Shown here in pieces: positions 47,495 through 62,530 of a stretch of DNA of 64,000 nucleotides. This stretch comes from Felis catus. Its lineage: Eukaryota. The position numbers were made by a program, and so were the translations under genes. Under the pieces are notes generated by a model. That model did not search any database and was not told the origin of the DNA. It was given only the letters and a program-made list of their open reading frames with translations. The stretch's first letter is position 1. Each line of letters starts with the position of its first letter. The DNA lies in assembly GCF_018350175.1 (NCBI RefSeq), contig NC_058369.1, forward strand, positions 10,480,001 through 10,544,000, written 5' to 3'.

Positions 47495-48234
47495 GGTACA
47501 GAAACATGAAGCCTGAGCAGTGGGGGAATTCAATCTTGAGCTGTGGGCCAATAATATTTCCTGTTGAAGCAAAAGTATGCCCTAGAAGAACTGACTAGCT
47601 AGAAACAGCTAGCCTGAATGCTTTCTTCCCTTTCCCCCACCAATTTAAACTTATCAGATCTCCCTGTTCTCCTTTTTATTCTTTGCCTAGCATTAGTACT
47701 CTTCGGATGGCCAGCCTCCTTGCTGATTCTTCTTCATTTCTAATGATGAAAGAGCGAGTGATGGTGAATCTAATTAAAGGGTCTTTCCAAAAGAGTAAAT
47801 CTGTGGGTCCCCGGCCAATGATGCAGTTCAGCATTGTTGAATAAGACTACTGCCTAGCTAACATTCACCGACTACCTTCTACATCCTGGGATTTGAGCCG
47901 TATACGTTACTCTTTTTCATTCTTGCTTTTCCCCATTGTCTTCAGTCCAGTGACGCTGTTTAAACAAGAATGTGTTGAGGTGGGAAGGCTGCAGAATTGA
48001 TAGCTGCTAGTTTTATATAAGGCACATACAGCCCTTAAAATTTTTGTAAGATGGAAATAGTTATTCTTACCAGGGTGTTGGGAGGATTCATTGAGAACAA
48101 ACAGGTAAAGCACATGACACATTATATGGTCTGCTGGAAATAACCTAACAACGTTCTTCCTATCCTCCTTTGCGAAAGGCAGCTAATAATGCAAATATTA
48201 GTTATATCCATTATTTCACCAACAGGATGTTATC

Positions 48235-51200
48235 TTTATTAATTTTTTTAATTTTATTTTTTATTTTTTAAAATTTACATCCAAATTAGCATGTAGCGAA
48301 ACAATGATTTCAGGAGTAGATTCCAAAATGCCCCTTCCCCATTTAGCCCCTCCCCCCTCCCACAACCCCTCCCATCACCCTCCGTTTGTTCTCCATATTT
48401 ATGAGTCTCTTCTGTTTTGTCCCCCTTTCTGTTTTTATATTCTTTTTGTTTCCCTTCCCTTATGTTCATCTGTTTTGTCTCTTAAAGTCCTCATAGGAGT
48501 GAAGTCATAGGATTTTTGTCTTTCTCTGACTGACTCATTTCACTTAGCATAATGCCCTCCAGTTCCATCCACGTAGTTGCAAATGGCAAGATTTCGTTCT
48601 TTTTCACTGCCAAGTGATCCTCCATTGTATATATATGCCACATCTTCTTTATCCATTCATTCATCGAGGGACATTTGGGCTCCTTCCATACTTTGGCTAT
48701 TGTTGATAGTGCTCCTATAAACATGGGGGTGCATGTGTCCCTTTGAAACAGCACGCCTGTATCCCTTGGATAAATGCCTAGTAGTGCGATTGCTGGGTCG
48801 TAGGGTAGTTCTATTTTTAGTTTTTTGAAGAACCTCCCTACTGTTTTCCAGAGTGGCTCCACCAGCTTGCGTTGCCACCAACAATGCAAAAGAGATCCTT
48901 TTTCTCCGCATCCTCGCCAACATCTGTTGTTGGAGCTGTTAATGTTAGCCATTCTGACAGGTGTAAGGTGGTATCTCATTGTGGTTTTGATTTGTATTTC
49001 CCTGATGATGAGTGACGTTGAACATCTTTTCACGTGTCTGTTAGCCATCTGGATGTCTTCTTTCAAAAGTGTCTGTTCATGTCTTTTGCCCATTTATTCA
49101 CTGGATTATTTGTTTTTTGGGTGTTGAATTTGATAAGTTCTTTATAGATTTTGGATACTAACCCTTTATCTGATATGTCATTTGCAAATATCTTCTCCCA
49201 TTCTGTCGGTTGCCTTTTAGTTTTGCTGATTGTTTTCTTCACTGTGCAGAAGCTTTTCATTTTGATGAGGTCCCAGTAGTTCATTTTTGCTTTTGTTTCC
49301 CTTGCCTCTGGAGACCTGTTGAGTACGAAGTTGCTGTGGCTGAGGTCAAAGAGGTTTTTGCCTGCTTTCTCCTCTAGGATTTTGATGGCTTCCTGTCTTA
49401 CGTTTAGGTCTTTCATCCATTTTGAGTTTATTTTTGTGTATAGTGTAGGAAAGTGGTCCAGGTTCATTTTTCTGCATGTTGCTGTTCAGTTTCCCAGCAC
49501 CATTCGCTGAAGAGACTGTCTTTATCCCATCGGATATTGTTTCCTGCTTTGTCAAAGATTAGTTTGCCATATATTTGTGGGTCTATTTCTGGGTTCTCTA
49601 TTCTATTCCATTGATCTGAGTGTCTGTTTTTGTGCCAGTACCATACTGTCTTGATGATTGCAGCTTTGTAATACAGCTTGAAGTCCGGGATTGTGATTTC
49701 TCCTGCTTTGGTTTTCTTTTTCAAGATTGCTTTGGCTATTCTGGATCTTCTCTGGGTCCATACAAATTTTAGGGATATTTGTTCTAGCTCTGTGAAGAAT
49801 GCTGGTGTTATTTTGATAGGGATTACATTGAGTATGTAGATTGCTTTGGGTAGTATTGGCATTTTAACAATATTTGTTCTTCCTATCCAGGAGCATGGAA
49901 TCTTTTTCCATTTTTTTGTGTCTTCTTCAGTTTCTTTCATAAGCTTTCTGCAGTTTTCAGTGTATAGGTTTTTCACCTCTTTGTTTAGATTTATTTCTAG
50001 GTATTTTATGGGTTTTGGTGCAATTGTAAATGGGATCGATTCCTGATTTCTTTCTGTGGCTTCATTGTTGGTGTATAAGAATGCATTTGATTTCTGTGCA
50101 TTGATTTTATATCCTGCAACTTTGCTGAATTCCTGTAACAGTTCTAGTAGGTTTTTTTTGTGTGTGGAATCTTTTGAGTTTTCCATATAGAGTATCATGT
50201 CACCTTCGAAGAGTGAAAGTTTGACCTCCTCCTGGCTGATTTGGATGCCTTTTATTTCTTTGTGTTGTTTGAGTGCTGAGGCTAAGGCTAAGACTTCCAA
50301 TACTATGTTGAATAACAGTGGCGAGAGTGGACATCCCTGTCTTGTTCCTGACCTTAGGGGGAAAGCTCTGAGTTTTTCCCCATTGAGGATGATATTAACA
50401 TTGTGTCGTTCATATAAGGCTTTTATGATCTCGAGGTGTGCTCCTTCTATCCCTACTTTCTTGAGGGTTTTACTAAGAAAGGATGCTGTATTTTGTCAAA
50501 TGCTTTCTCTGCATCTATTGAGAGGATCATGTGGTTCTTGTCCTTTCTTTTATTGATGTGATGAATCACATTGATTGTTTTGCAGATATTGAACCAGCCC
50601 TGCATCCCAGGTGTAAATCCCACTGGGTCGTGGTGTATAATTTTTTTAATGTATTGTTGGATCTGGTTGGCTAATATCTTGTTGAGGATTTTTGCATCCA
50701 TGTTCATCAGGGAAATTGGTCTATAGTTCTCCTTTTTAGTGGGGTCTATGGTTTGGGAATCAAGGTGATGCTGGCTTCATAGAGTTTGGAAGTTTTCCTT
50801 CCATTTCTGTTGTTTGGAACAGCTTCAGGAGAATAGGTGTTAACTCTTCCTTAAATGTTTGGTAGAATTCCCCTGGAAAACCATCTGGCCCTGGACTCTT
50901 GTTTTTTGGCAGATTTTTGGTTACTAAGTCGATTTCCTTACTGGTAATGGGTCTGTTCAAATTTTCTATTTCTTCCTGTTTCAGTTTTGGTAGTGTATGT
51001 TTCTAGGAATTTGTCCATTTCTTCCATATTGCCCATTTTATTGGCATATAATTGCTTATAATATTCTCTTATTATTGGTTTTAGTTTTGGTGTGTTGGTT
51101 GTGATCTCTCCTCTTTCATTCTTGATTTTATTTCTTTGGGTCCTTTCCTTTTTCTTTTTGATCAGACTGGCTAGTGGTTTATTAATTTTGTTAATTCTTT

Positions 51201-54200
51201 CAAAGAACCAGCTTCTGGTTTCATTGATCTGTTCTACTTTTTTTTTTTTTTTTTTTTTTGGTTTCGATAGCATTGATTTCTGCTCTAATCTTTATTATTT
51301 CCTGTCTTCTGCTGGTTTTGGGTTTTATCTGCTGTTATTTTTCCAGATCTTTAAGGTGTAAGGTTAGGTTGTGTATCTGAGACCTTTCTTCCTTCTTTAG
51401 GAAGGTCTGTATTGCTATATACTTTCCTCTTATGACTGCCTTTGCTGCGTCCCAGAGGTTTTGGGCTGTGATGTTACCATTTTCATTGGCTTCCATGTAC
51501 TTTTTAATTTCCTCTTTAACTTCTTGTTTAGCCCATTCACTCTTTAGTAGGATGCTCTTTAGTCTCCAAGTATTTGTTGCCTTTCCAAATTTTTTCTTGT
51601 GGTTGATTTTGAGTTTCATATCCTTGTGGTCTGAAAATATGCACAGTATGATCTTGATCTTTTTGTACTTGTTGAAGGCTGATTTGTGTCCCAATATATG
51701 GTCTATTCTGGAGAACGTTCCATGTGCACTGGAGAAGAATGTATATTCCACTGCTTTAGGGTGATATGTTCTGAATATATCTGTTAAGTCCATCTGGTCC
51801 AGTGTGTCATTCAAAGCCATTGTTTCCTTGTTGATTTTTTGATTAGATGATCTGTCCAGTTCTGTGAGTGGGGTGTTGAAGTCTCCTACTATTACGGTAT
51901 TATTATCAATTAGTTTCTGTATGTTTGTGTATAATTGATTTATATATTTGGGGGCTATCACATTTGGAGCATAAATGTTTACAATTGTTAGGTCTTCTTG
52001 GTGGATAGACCCCTTAACTATGATATAATGCTCTTCTTTGTCTCTTGTTACAGTCTTTATTTTAAAGTCTAAATTGTCTGATATAAGTATGGCTACTCCA
52101 GCTTTCTTTTGTCGACTGTTAGCATGATAGATGGTTCTCCATCCCCTTACTTTCAATCTGAAGGTGTTTTTTGGGTCTAAAGTGGGTCTCTTGTAAACAG
52201 CATATAGATGGATCCTGTTTTCTTATCCATTCTGTTACCGTATATGTTTTGATTGGAGCATTTAGTCCATTGATGTTTAGAGTGAGTACTGAAAGATATG
52301 AGTTTATTGCCATTATGTTTCTTGTAGAGTTGGAGTTTCTGGTGTTCTCTGGTCCTTTTTAGTTTTTGTTGCTTTTGGTATTTATTTATTTATTTATTTA
52401 TTTTCTCCCCTCAGAGAGTCCCCCTGAAAATTTCTTGCAGGCTTGGTTTAGTGGTCAAGGGCTCCTTTAGTTTTGTTTGGGAAACTTTTAATCTCTCCTT
52501 CTATTTTGAATAACAGTGTTCCTAGATAAAGAATTCTTGGCTGCATATTTTTCCAATTCAGCACATTGAATGTATCCTGCCACTCCTTTCTGGCCTGCCA
52601 AGTTTCTGTGGATATTTCTGCTGCAAACCTGATCTGTCTTCCCTTGTAGGTTAGGGACTTTTTTTCCCTTGCTGCTTTCATGATTCTCTCCTTGCCTGAG
52701 TATTTTGTGAATTTGACTATGATATGCCTTGTTGATGGTTGGTTTTTGTTGAATCTATTGGGAATCCTCTGTGTTTCCTGGATTTTGGTGTCTGTGTCTT
52801 TCCCCTGGTTAGGAGTGTTTTCCACTATGATTTGCTCACATAACCCTTCTACCTCTATTTCTCTCTCTTCCTCCTCTGGGACCTTGATGACTTTGATGTT
52901 GTTCCTTTTTAATGAGTCACTGATTTCTCTAATTCTTAAATCATGCTCTTTTGCCTTAGTTTCCGTCTTTTTTTTTTCTTTCTTATTCTCCATAAGTTTG
53001 TCCTCTATGTTGTTGATTCTCTGCTCTGCCTCATCCATTCTTGCCACCACGGCCACCATTCGACATTGCAGCTCTGTTATAGAATTTTGTATTTCATCCT
53101 GATTAGCTTTTACTTCTTTTATCTCCACAGAAAGGGATAAATAGAGACATCTATTTTTGACCCCAGCTAGTATACTTATTATTGTGATTTTAAATTCTGG
53201 TTAAGACACCTTGCTTGTATCTGTGTTGGTTATGTCCCTGGCTGTCATTTCTTCCTGCTCTTTCTTTTGGGATGAATTCCTTCATTTCATCATTTTGAAG
53301 GAAGAAAAGGAATTAACGAGCTAAAAAAATTAAAATTAAAAAATTAAAAACAACACACACACACACACACACAAATCAAATAAATGATGCTAGATCCTAG
53401 GTCTTTTTTGGTCTGGGTGTTCAAAGGTGCTTGATAGATTAGAGAAAAAAGGGGGGAAAAAGGAAAATGTTGGAAAATTTGAAAAAATGAATACAATGAA
53501 ATAGAATAAAATGAAACGATGGAAGCAAAATAGAATTTGAAAATTTACAAAAAAGTAAAAAACACAGTGGAAAAAATTAAAGAAAAAGTTTTTAATAAAA
53601 ATTGAAAGTAAATTTTTTTTCTCTTTTTTCATTCAAGAAAAAGAAAAGAAACGAAAAAGAAAAAAAAATAAAATTGAATAGATGGGTCAGCGAACAGACT
53701 GAAATACGATTGAAGTTACATCGGTTACATTACGTCGTTACGTTCTCCTGGAAGTGGAACTATGAAGCTCTTTACAGTCTGTAAACTAAGCAGGAGGAGA
53801 GATTTGTGTTGTTCCCGAACAGCCAGGTTGGCCCAGTTGGGAGGGGCTTAGTGTAACGGCTCCGTTCTCCACTAGATGGCGCTGCTTAGCCTACAGGGGT
53901 GGGTTGTTCTGATGCATGTAGGTGCGTATGCGCATGCGCGGGAAGGCTGAAAATGGCGTCATCCAGCTATCCAATCTCCAGTATGAGAACTGTGTTCTCC
54001 CCGATCAGCAATCGCCCACCCGTCCTTTGTCTCCGGCTTCCGTCCACTCCCTGCCTTTACACTGTCTGTGCATAACCGTCAGGTTGCCAGGCGGCACCTG
54101 CCTCCTGATTTTTATCTCAGATGTGGCAGTTTTTCCCGATCCCTTATTTCTGAGGGACTGCGGCTTCCACTCGCTCAGACTTTCTGTGCGAGGGGCTCAC

Positions 54201-54970
54201 CCAGCACTGGCTGGGTGCCGGCGCCCCCAGGAACATTCGCGGGACTGTGCTGCTGCCGACGCCCAGAGACCGCGGCCGGGTGCCAGCCTGTCCCAGAGAA
54301 AGTTCACGCGATCGCGTAGCAGCAGCGTTTCAGGGATTATGGCAAATCACAACACACATCCGGCACCAGGCTTCACCCCCAGTGACCTTGTTCCAGCACC
54401 AGCGAATGTGGCTGTCTCCGGGGTCTGCTGGCACTTTGCCTGTGCGGGGCTACACAACCTCTACCAGATGTCCTCCCAGCAGGGGAACCGCCTCTGCCAT
54501 GTGGCCTGAAGACCCCCGACTCCACTCTGCCCTGGGGATTCGCCCTTCCCACCAGGTATGAGCTGTGGAGTTTCAGACTCTGTGCTCCCCCTGTTTACAG
54601 AGTCTCAATAGAATTTTACCCCTCTCCTTTCTCCTTTCTCCCTTTTTGGTTCAGTCCCTGTGGCTGTTTCCACTTTTCCACTGTCTCTCCAGCTGCTTTG
54701 GGTGGGGGGCGCTTTTCCCATACTCTCCCCCCTCCATCTCTGTCCTCTCTGCACAAGCAAAAACAGCCCCCTGCGGCTTCTCTCTCCCCCAGTTCACCTC
54801 TCCGCGCCGTGTACCTGCTGAATTCTGTGGTTCAGGTTGTGCAGATTGTGGTGTTAACCCTCAAATCAGTTTTCTAGGCGTGCAGGATGGTTTAGTGTTG
54901 GTCTGGGTGTATTTCATGGACGCGAGACACACAAGAAACTTCCATGCTCGTCCACCATCTTGGCTCCTCC
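48235..54970 (-). mobile_element. Full-length (about 6.7 kb) degenerate carnivore L1
   Basis: 5' GGAGGAGCCAAGATGG start and CpG-rich 5'UTR. ORF1 piece at 52448-53128. ORF2 endonuclease (VGDFNTPL) and RT pieces at 48491-52313, broken by frameshifts. A-rich tail. Confidence 0.93.
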
Positions 54971-55487
54971 TGAATTATGGTTTCCAAAAAATTTGTCCAT
55001 TATCTCGAATTGTTTTTTTTTCACAAAAGTCACCACTACTTTGATTTCTAAAGGCATAGATTAATGTTGCCTTTTAAAAACCTTTTATAATTGAATGCAA
55101 GCAACATGTTTCTTCTTTCACTCTGTTATGTTTGTGAGATTCAGCCGCGTATTAGCCTGTAACTGTAGGTTATTCTTTTTTATTGCTGGGTATTAGTCCA
55201 TTGTATAAAAACACTATAACTTATTTATTCATTTTACTGTTCATGATCACTTGGGTCATTTCCAGTTTTTATTTTTTTGTTATTATAAATGAAGCTTCCA
55301 TGAACATTTTTGTACACTTTTGATGCACTTATGAATATGATTTTGGGGTGTTCATAAGAGTGAAATGTTGGGTCACAGAGTAGATAATAATTTTGTTAGA
55401 CATTGCTAAGCACTTTTCTAAAGTGGTCCTACCAGTTTATATTTCCATAATCACTGTGAGAGTTCCAGTGTCCACATTTTCTGTAAT

Positions 55488-55550
55488 CCTTCCTTCCTTC
55501 CTTCCTTCCTTCCTTCCTTCCTTCCTTCCTTCCTTCCTTCCTTCCTTCCT
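55488..55550 (+). repeat. (TTCC)n microsatellite at a SINE tail
   Basis: Directly visible. Confidence 0.9.
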
Positions 55551-57589
55551 TATTTATTTTTTATTTTGATGGAGAGCACAAGCAGGGGAGAGGGGCGGAG
55601 GGAGGGAGGGAGAGGGAGAGGGAGAGAGAGAGAATGAATCCTAAGCAGACTCTTTGTTCAGCATGGAGCCCGACACAGAGCTTAATCCCTTGACCTTGGG
55701 ATCACGACCTCAGCTGAAACCGAGTCTGAGGCTCAACTGACCGAGCCACCCAGGCACCCCTTATTTTTCTTGTTTTAAATTTTCGCTATTCCAGCAGGCA
55801 TGTAGTGGGTGTGTAGGGTAGTGTTTTCTCATTTTTACAAGTTCTAAAAAAGAAAAATTGTTTTGGACTAACGTTAGATTTCTAGAAAAGTTGCACAGGC
55901 AGTATAGGGAATTCCCACATACCCTTCACTCAGCGCTTTCTGTGTTAAGCATCTCACGTAACTATTACACATTCATCAAGAATAGAAAGTTAACATTGAT
56001 TAAAACCATAAGAAGTATGTTACTATTAAATGCACTACAGACTCTATCTGGATTTCACCATTTTTTTTTCCCCATTAGTGGCCTTTTTCTCTTTCAAGAT
56101 TAAATACAGGAGACTTCTTTGCATTTGGTTTTTTTTTGTGTGTGTGTTTTATTTGCACTCTTCTGATGACTAAAGATGTTGCATAGCTTTTCATGCACAT
56201 ACCGATCATTTGCATATCCTCCTTGGTGAACCTCAAGCCTTTTCCCTGTTCTCCTTTTTGTTGTGTTTCTTTTCTGTTTGTGGAAGTCTTTGTATATCCT
56301 GGAGTCCTTTGTAGGAGATTGGTATTGTGAACTATCTCATTCTCATTCTCTCGATGCTGTTTTTTGATGAACAGAAGAAATTCTCCATCTTATTGAGTAA
56401 CATTTCCTTTTGCGGTTGATTCTTTTTAGAGCAGCTTTATTGCGGTGTAATTGACATATAGTACACAACATTTATTTTTATTAAATATTTTTAATGTTTA
56501 TTAATTTTTTTTTGAGAGAGAGAGAGAGAGACAGAGCACAAATCGGGGAGAGGTAGAGAAAGAGGGAGGCACAGAATCAGAAGCAGGCTCCACCCTCTGA
56601 GCTGATTGTGGGGCTCAAACCCACAAGCTGCAAAATCATGACCTGAGCTGGAGTCGGATGTTCAACCGACTGAGCCACCCAAGTGCCCCTAACCTTCACA
56701 CGTTTAAGTACAATTTGATAAATTTTTCTTACCTTCTTAACCTTTTTGAAGTGTACAGTTCATTAGTGTTATATATATTTACAGTGTTGTGTAATGAATC
56801 TCCAGAACTTTTTCATCTTGCAAAATTGAACCTCTCTACCCATTAAACAACAATTCCCCGTTACTCCCTCTTCCAGCCCCTGGAAATCACCATTCTACTT
56901 TCTCTTTCTATGACTTTGACAATTTTAGATACCACACGTAAGGGTGATCATGCACTCTTTGTCTTTCTATAACTGGCTTATTTCACTTAAGATAGTATCC
57001 TCAAGATTCATCCGTGCTATAGCATCTCACAGAATTTTCCTTCCTTTTTAAGGCTGAGTAATATTACATTGTATTTGTGTACCTCATTTTGTTTAAGCAT
57101 CAGTGGACACTTGGACTGCTTCTAACTCTAAGCTACTGTGAATCATATTACTATGAACACGGGCATGCAGAAATCTCTTCAAAAATCCTGCATTCAATTC
57201 TTTTGGATATATATCCAGAATTAGGATTTTCAGATCATATGATAATTCCATTTTTAATATTTTGAGAAATTGCCAGGAATTACTGTTTTCTGTATGGTTG
57301 CTTTTATGTTTCCAGAAACAAGGTTTCTTTACATCCTCACGAAGGATGTATAAGGTGATATCACTTTGCAGTTAAAAACATTTTTTTAATGTTTATTTAT
57401 TTTTGAGAGATGTGGGGGGAGGGGCAGAGAGAGGGGGAGACACAGAATCCGAAGCAGGCTCCAGGCTCTGAGCTGTCAGCACAGAGCCTAATGTGGGGCT
57501 CGAGCCCATGAGCCATGAGATCATGACCTGAGCCAGAGTCGGATGCTTAACTGACTGAGCCTCCCAGACACCCCTCTCTGGTAGGATTT

Positions 57590-60500
57590 TGGTGGTCTCA
57601 CATTTAGGCCTTTCATAATTTTGAATTTATTTTTGTGTACGGTGTAAGAAAGTCGTCCAGTTTCATTCTTCTGCATGTTGCCGTCCAGTTCTCTCAGCAC
57701 CGTTTGCTAAAGAGACTGTCTTTTTTCCATTGGATACTCCTTCTTGCTTTGTTGAAGATCCATTGGCCACATATTTGTGGGTCAAGTTCTAGGTTCTCTC
57801 TTCTATTCCATTGATCTGTGTGTCTGTTTTTGTACCAATACCATACTGTCTTGATGATTACTGCTTTTTAAGACAGGTGAAAGTCTGGGGTTGTGATGCC
57901 TCCAGCTTTGGTTTTCTTTTTCAACATTACTTTGACTATTTGGGGTCTTTTGTGGTTCCATGCAAATTTTAGGGTTGTGTGTTCTGGCTCTGTGAAGAAT
58001 GCTGGTGTTATTTTGATAGGGATTGCATTGAATATGTAGATTGCGTTGGGTAGTATTGGCATTTTAACAATATTTGTTCTTCCTATCCAGGAGCATGGGA
58101 TTTCTTTTTTCACCCAATTTCTTTTTCCAATGAGTTTTTCCATTTCTTTGTGTCTTATTAAATTTCTTTCATAAACTTTGTATAGTTTTCAGTTTTATTT
58201 ATGTTATTTATTTATATTTATTTATTTATTATATTTATATTTATATAATTATTTATATATATTATATTATATTTATTTATTTATATTCAGTTTATTTATT
58301 ACCTCTTTTGTTAGGTTTATTACTAGGTATTTATGGGTTTTGGTGCGATTGTAAATGGGATTAATTCCTTGATATTTCTTTCTGTTGCTTCATTATTGGT
58401 GTATAGAAATGCAACTAATTTCTGTACATTGGTTTTATATCCTGAGACTTTGCTGAATTCCTGTAACAGCTCTAGCAGTTTTTTTGGGTGGAGTCATTCA
58501 GGTTTTTCATATAGAGTATTATGTCATCTGCGAAGAATGAAAGTTTGACTTCTTCTTTGCCAATTTGGATGCCTTTTATTTCATTTTGTTGTCTGATGGC
58601 TTAGGCTAGGACTTCCAACACTATGTTGAACAACAGTGGTGAGAGTGGACATCCCTGTCATGTTCTTGATCTCAGGAGGAAAGTTCTCAGTTTTTCACCA
58701 TTGAGGGTGATATTAGCTGTGGGCCTTTCATGTATGGCTTTTATGATTTTAAGGTATGTTCCTTCCAACCCTACTTTCTTGAGGATTTTTATTAAGAAAG
58801 TATGCTATCTTTTGTCAAGTGCTTTTTCTGCATCTATTGACTGGATCATATGGCTCTTACCCTTTCTTCTATTAATGTGGTGTATCACACAGTTTGATTT
58901 GTGAATACTTAACCAGCCCTGCAGCCCAGGAATGAATCCTACTCGATCATGGTGAAAAATTCTCTTAATGTACTGTTGGCTTCAGTTTGTAGTATCTCGT
59001 TGAGAATTTTTGCTTCCAGGTTCATCGCTGGTCTGTAATTCTCTTTTTTAGTGGGGTCTCTGTCTGGTTTGGGAATCAAGTAATGTCGGCTTCAAAGAAT
59101 GAGTTTGGAAGCTTTCCTTCTATTTTTTGCAACAGCTTGAGAAGAATAGGTATTAACTCTGCTTTAAATATCTGGTAGAGGGGCGCCTTGGTGGCGCAGT
59201 CGGTTAAGCGTCCGACTTCAGCCAGGTCACGATCTCGCGGTCCGTGAGTTCGAGCCCCGCGTCGGGCTCTGGGCTGATGGCTCAGAGCCTGGAGCCTGTT
59301 TCCGATTCTGTGTCTCCCTCTCTCTCTGCTCCTCCCCTGTTCATGCTCTGTCTCTCTCTGTCCCAAAAATAAATAAATGTTGAAAAAAAAAATTTAAATA
59401 TCTGGTAGAATTCCCCAGGGAAGCCATCTGGCCCAGGACTCTTATTTGTTGGGAGCTTTTTGATAACCAATTCAATTTCTTTGCTGGTTATGGGCCTGTT
59501 AAAATTTTATATTTCTTCCCATTTGAGTTTTGGTATGTGTGGATGTCTAGGAATTTCCCCATTTCTTCCAGATTGTCCAGTTTGTTGGCATATACCTTTT
59601 CATAGCGTTCTATTAAAATTGTATTTCTCTGGTGTTGGTTATGATCTCTCCTTTTTCATTCGTGATTTATCTCTTTGGGTCATTTCTCTTTTCTTTTTGA
59701 GAATTCTGGTGAGGGGTTTATCAATTTTGTGTATTCTCTCAAAAAACCAGGTCTTAGATTTATTTATCTCTTCTACTTTTTTTTTTTGGATTCTATATCA
59801 TTTATTTCTGCTCTAATCTTTAGTGTTTCCCCTCTTCTGCTGGCTTTGGGATTTATTTGGTGATGCTTTATAGCTCCTTTAGGTGGAAGGTTTGGTTGTA
59901 TATTTGGGACCTTTCTTGCTTCTTGAGATCGGCCTGAAACGCATTGTATTTTCCTCTTAGGACTGCCTTTGCTGCATCACAAATGGTTTGGACTGTCATG
60001 TTTTCATTTTCATTTGCTTCCATGTATTTTTAAATTTCTTCTTTAATTTCCTGGTTAAGTCATTCATTCTTTAGGAGGGTGTTACTTAACCTCCACGTAT
60101 TTGGGGACTTTCCAAATTTTTTCTTGTGGTTGATTTTCAAGTTTTATAGTGTTGTGATCTGAAAATATGCATGGTATGATCTCAATATTTTTGTTGAGGG
60201 CTGTTTTGTGACCAGTATGTGATCTGTTTTGGAGAATGTTCCACGTGCACTCAAGAAGAAAGTGTATTCTGCTGCTTTAGGATGAAAAGTTTTAAATATA
60301 TCTGTTAAGTCCATCTGGTCCATATGTCATTCAGAGGCATTGTTTCCTTATTGATTTTCTGCCTAGATGATCTGTCCATTGTTGGAAGTGGAGTATTAAA
60401 GTCACCTACAATTACAGTATTATTATCAATAAACTTGCTTATGTTTGTAATTAATTGATTTATATATTAGGGTGCCTCCATGTTGGGGGAATAGATATTT

Positions 60501-62479
60501 ACAATTGTTAGTTCTTCTTGAGGGACAGACTCCTTAATTATGGTATAATGCCCTTATCCATTGCTTGTTACAGTCTTTATTTTAAAATCTAGTTTGTCTG
60601 ATGTAAGTATGGCTACTCCACCTTTCCTTTGATGGCCGTTGGCATGATAGATTCTTCTTCATCCTCTCACTTTCAATCTGCAGGTGTCTTCATGTCTAAA
60701 ATGAGTCTCCTTTAGGCAACATATAGATGGATTTTTTTAAATCTGTTCTGATACCCTATATCTTTTGATTGGGGCACTTAGTCCATTTACATTCAGAGTG
60801 ATTATTGAAAGATATGGATTTAGAGTCATTGTGTTATCTGTACATTTCATTTTCGTGGTGATGTCTCTGGTCCTTTGTAGTCTTTGCTGCTTTCCACTCA
60901 CAGAGTCCCCTTTAGGATCTCTTGCAGGGCTGGTTTAGTGGTTATGAGCTCCTTCAGTTTTTGTTTGTCTGGGAAAGACTTTCTCTCTCCTTCTAGTCTG
61001 AATGATAACCTTGCTAGATAAAGAATTCTTGGCTGCATATTTTTCCTATTCGGCACATCGGCTATTTCCTGCCACTCCCTTCTGGTCTGCTAAGTTTCAG
61101 TGGACAGATCTGCTACTACCCTTATGTGTCTACTCTTGTAGGTTAAGGACCGTTTGTCCCTAATTCCTTTCAGAATTCTCTCTTTATCTTTGTATTTTGC
61201 CAGTTTCACTATGATACGTTGTGGTGTTGTCCTTTTTGTTGATTTTGAAGGGAATTCTCTGTGTCTCTTGGACTTGGATGCCTGCCTGTTTCCTCCCCCA
61301 GATTGGGGAAGTTCTCAACTATAATTTGTCCAAACAAACCTTCTGCCCTTTCTTTCCTTCTTCTTCTTCTGGAACGCCTATGATACCAACATTGTTTCGT
61401 TTCATGGAATCACTTAGTTCTCTAATTCTCTTCTCGTGATCTAGTAATTTCTTTTCCCCTTTTTTTCAGCTTAATCATTTCCATAGTTTTACCCTCTATG
61501 TCGCCTATTCTCTTTCCTGCTTCTTCCATCCTTGCTGTTGCTGTCTCTAGTTTATTTTGCATCTCAACTACAGCATTTCTAAATTCATTGTGAGTAGTTC
61601 TTAGGTCTTTGATCTCTGTAGCAAGAGTTACTCAGGTGTCTTCTGTGCTTTTTCAAGTCCAACTATTTGTCTTATGGCTGTTAGTATTCTAAATTCTTGT
61701 TCAAATATATTGTTTGTATCTGCTTTGAGCAATTCTCTGGTTGATTTCTTCTTGAATTTTCTTTTGGGGAGAATTCCTCCATTTTGTCATTTTGGCTAAA
61801 TTTCTGTCTTTTGTGTATTTAAAAATTTTTTTAATGTTTATTTATTTTTCCAAGATGGAGAGACTAAGAGCATGAGTGTGGAAGGGGCAGAGAGAGGGAG
61901 ATACAGAATCTCAAGCAGGCTCCAGGCTCTGAGCTGTCATCACAGAGCCCGATGTGGGGCTTGAACTCACAAACTGTGAGATCATGACCTGAGCTGAAGC
62001 CAGATGCTTAACCGACTGAGCCATCCAGACACCCCATCTTTTGCGTGTTTGAAAAGCTTGTTATGTGTCCTGCACCTGAAAGTACTCCTATATTAAAAAG
62101 TGCCCAGGGCCTGGCACTTTAGGAAGTGTTTTTGGTGAATGTTGCATGAACTCTGTTGTTGCATTTTGGCTGCTCTATCTCACTGGTTAGTCCCCCGCAG
62201 AGCTCCCCCTTGCTTATAGTGGTGGAGTGTTTGGACCTTCAACCAGGTGTGCTTTGATTGATTTATTGAAGTAACCCTTGAAAAAGAAAGGAAAGGGGGG
62301 GGGGTGGGGGAAGCCTGATCCCATAAAAAGAGAAACATAAAAAGAGAGAAAATACCAAACAGAGAATCAAAAACTATAAGGCTAAATCCAGAGAAAGAGA
62401 AAGGAAAATAAAGAAGAAGAAAGAGAAAAGGTGGAAATGAATAGAATAAAAATGCCTGGTCCACACACACACACACACA

Positions 62480-62530
<51 letters not shown>

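Noticed and set aside
48235..54970. Active L1
   Set aside because: ORF1 and ORF2 are fragmented by multiple frameshifts and stops.
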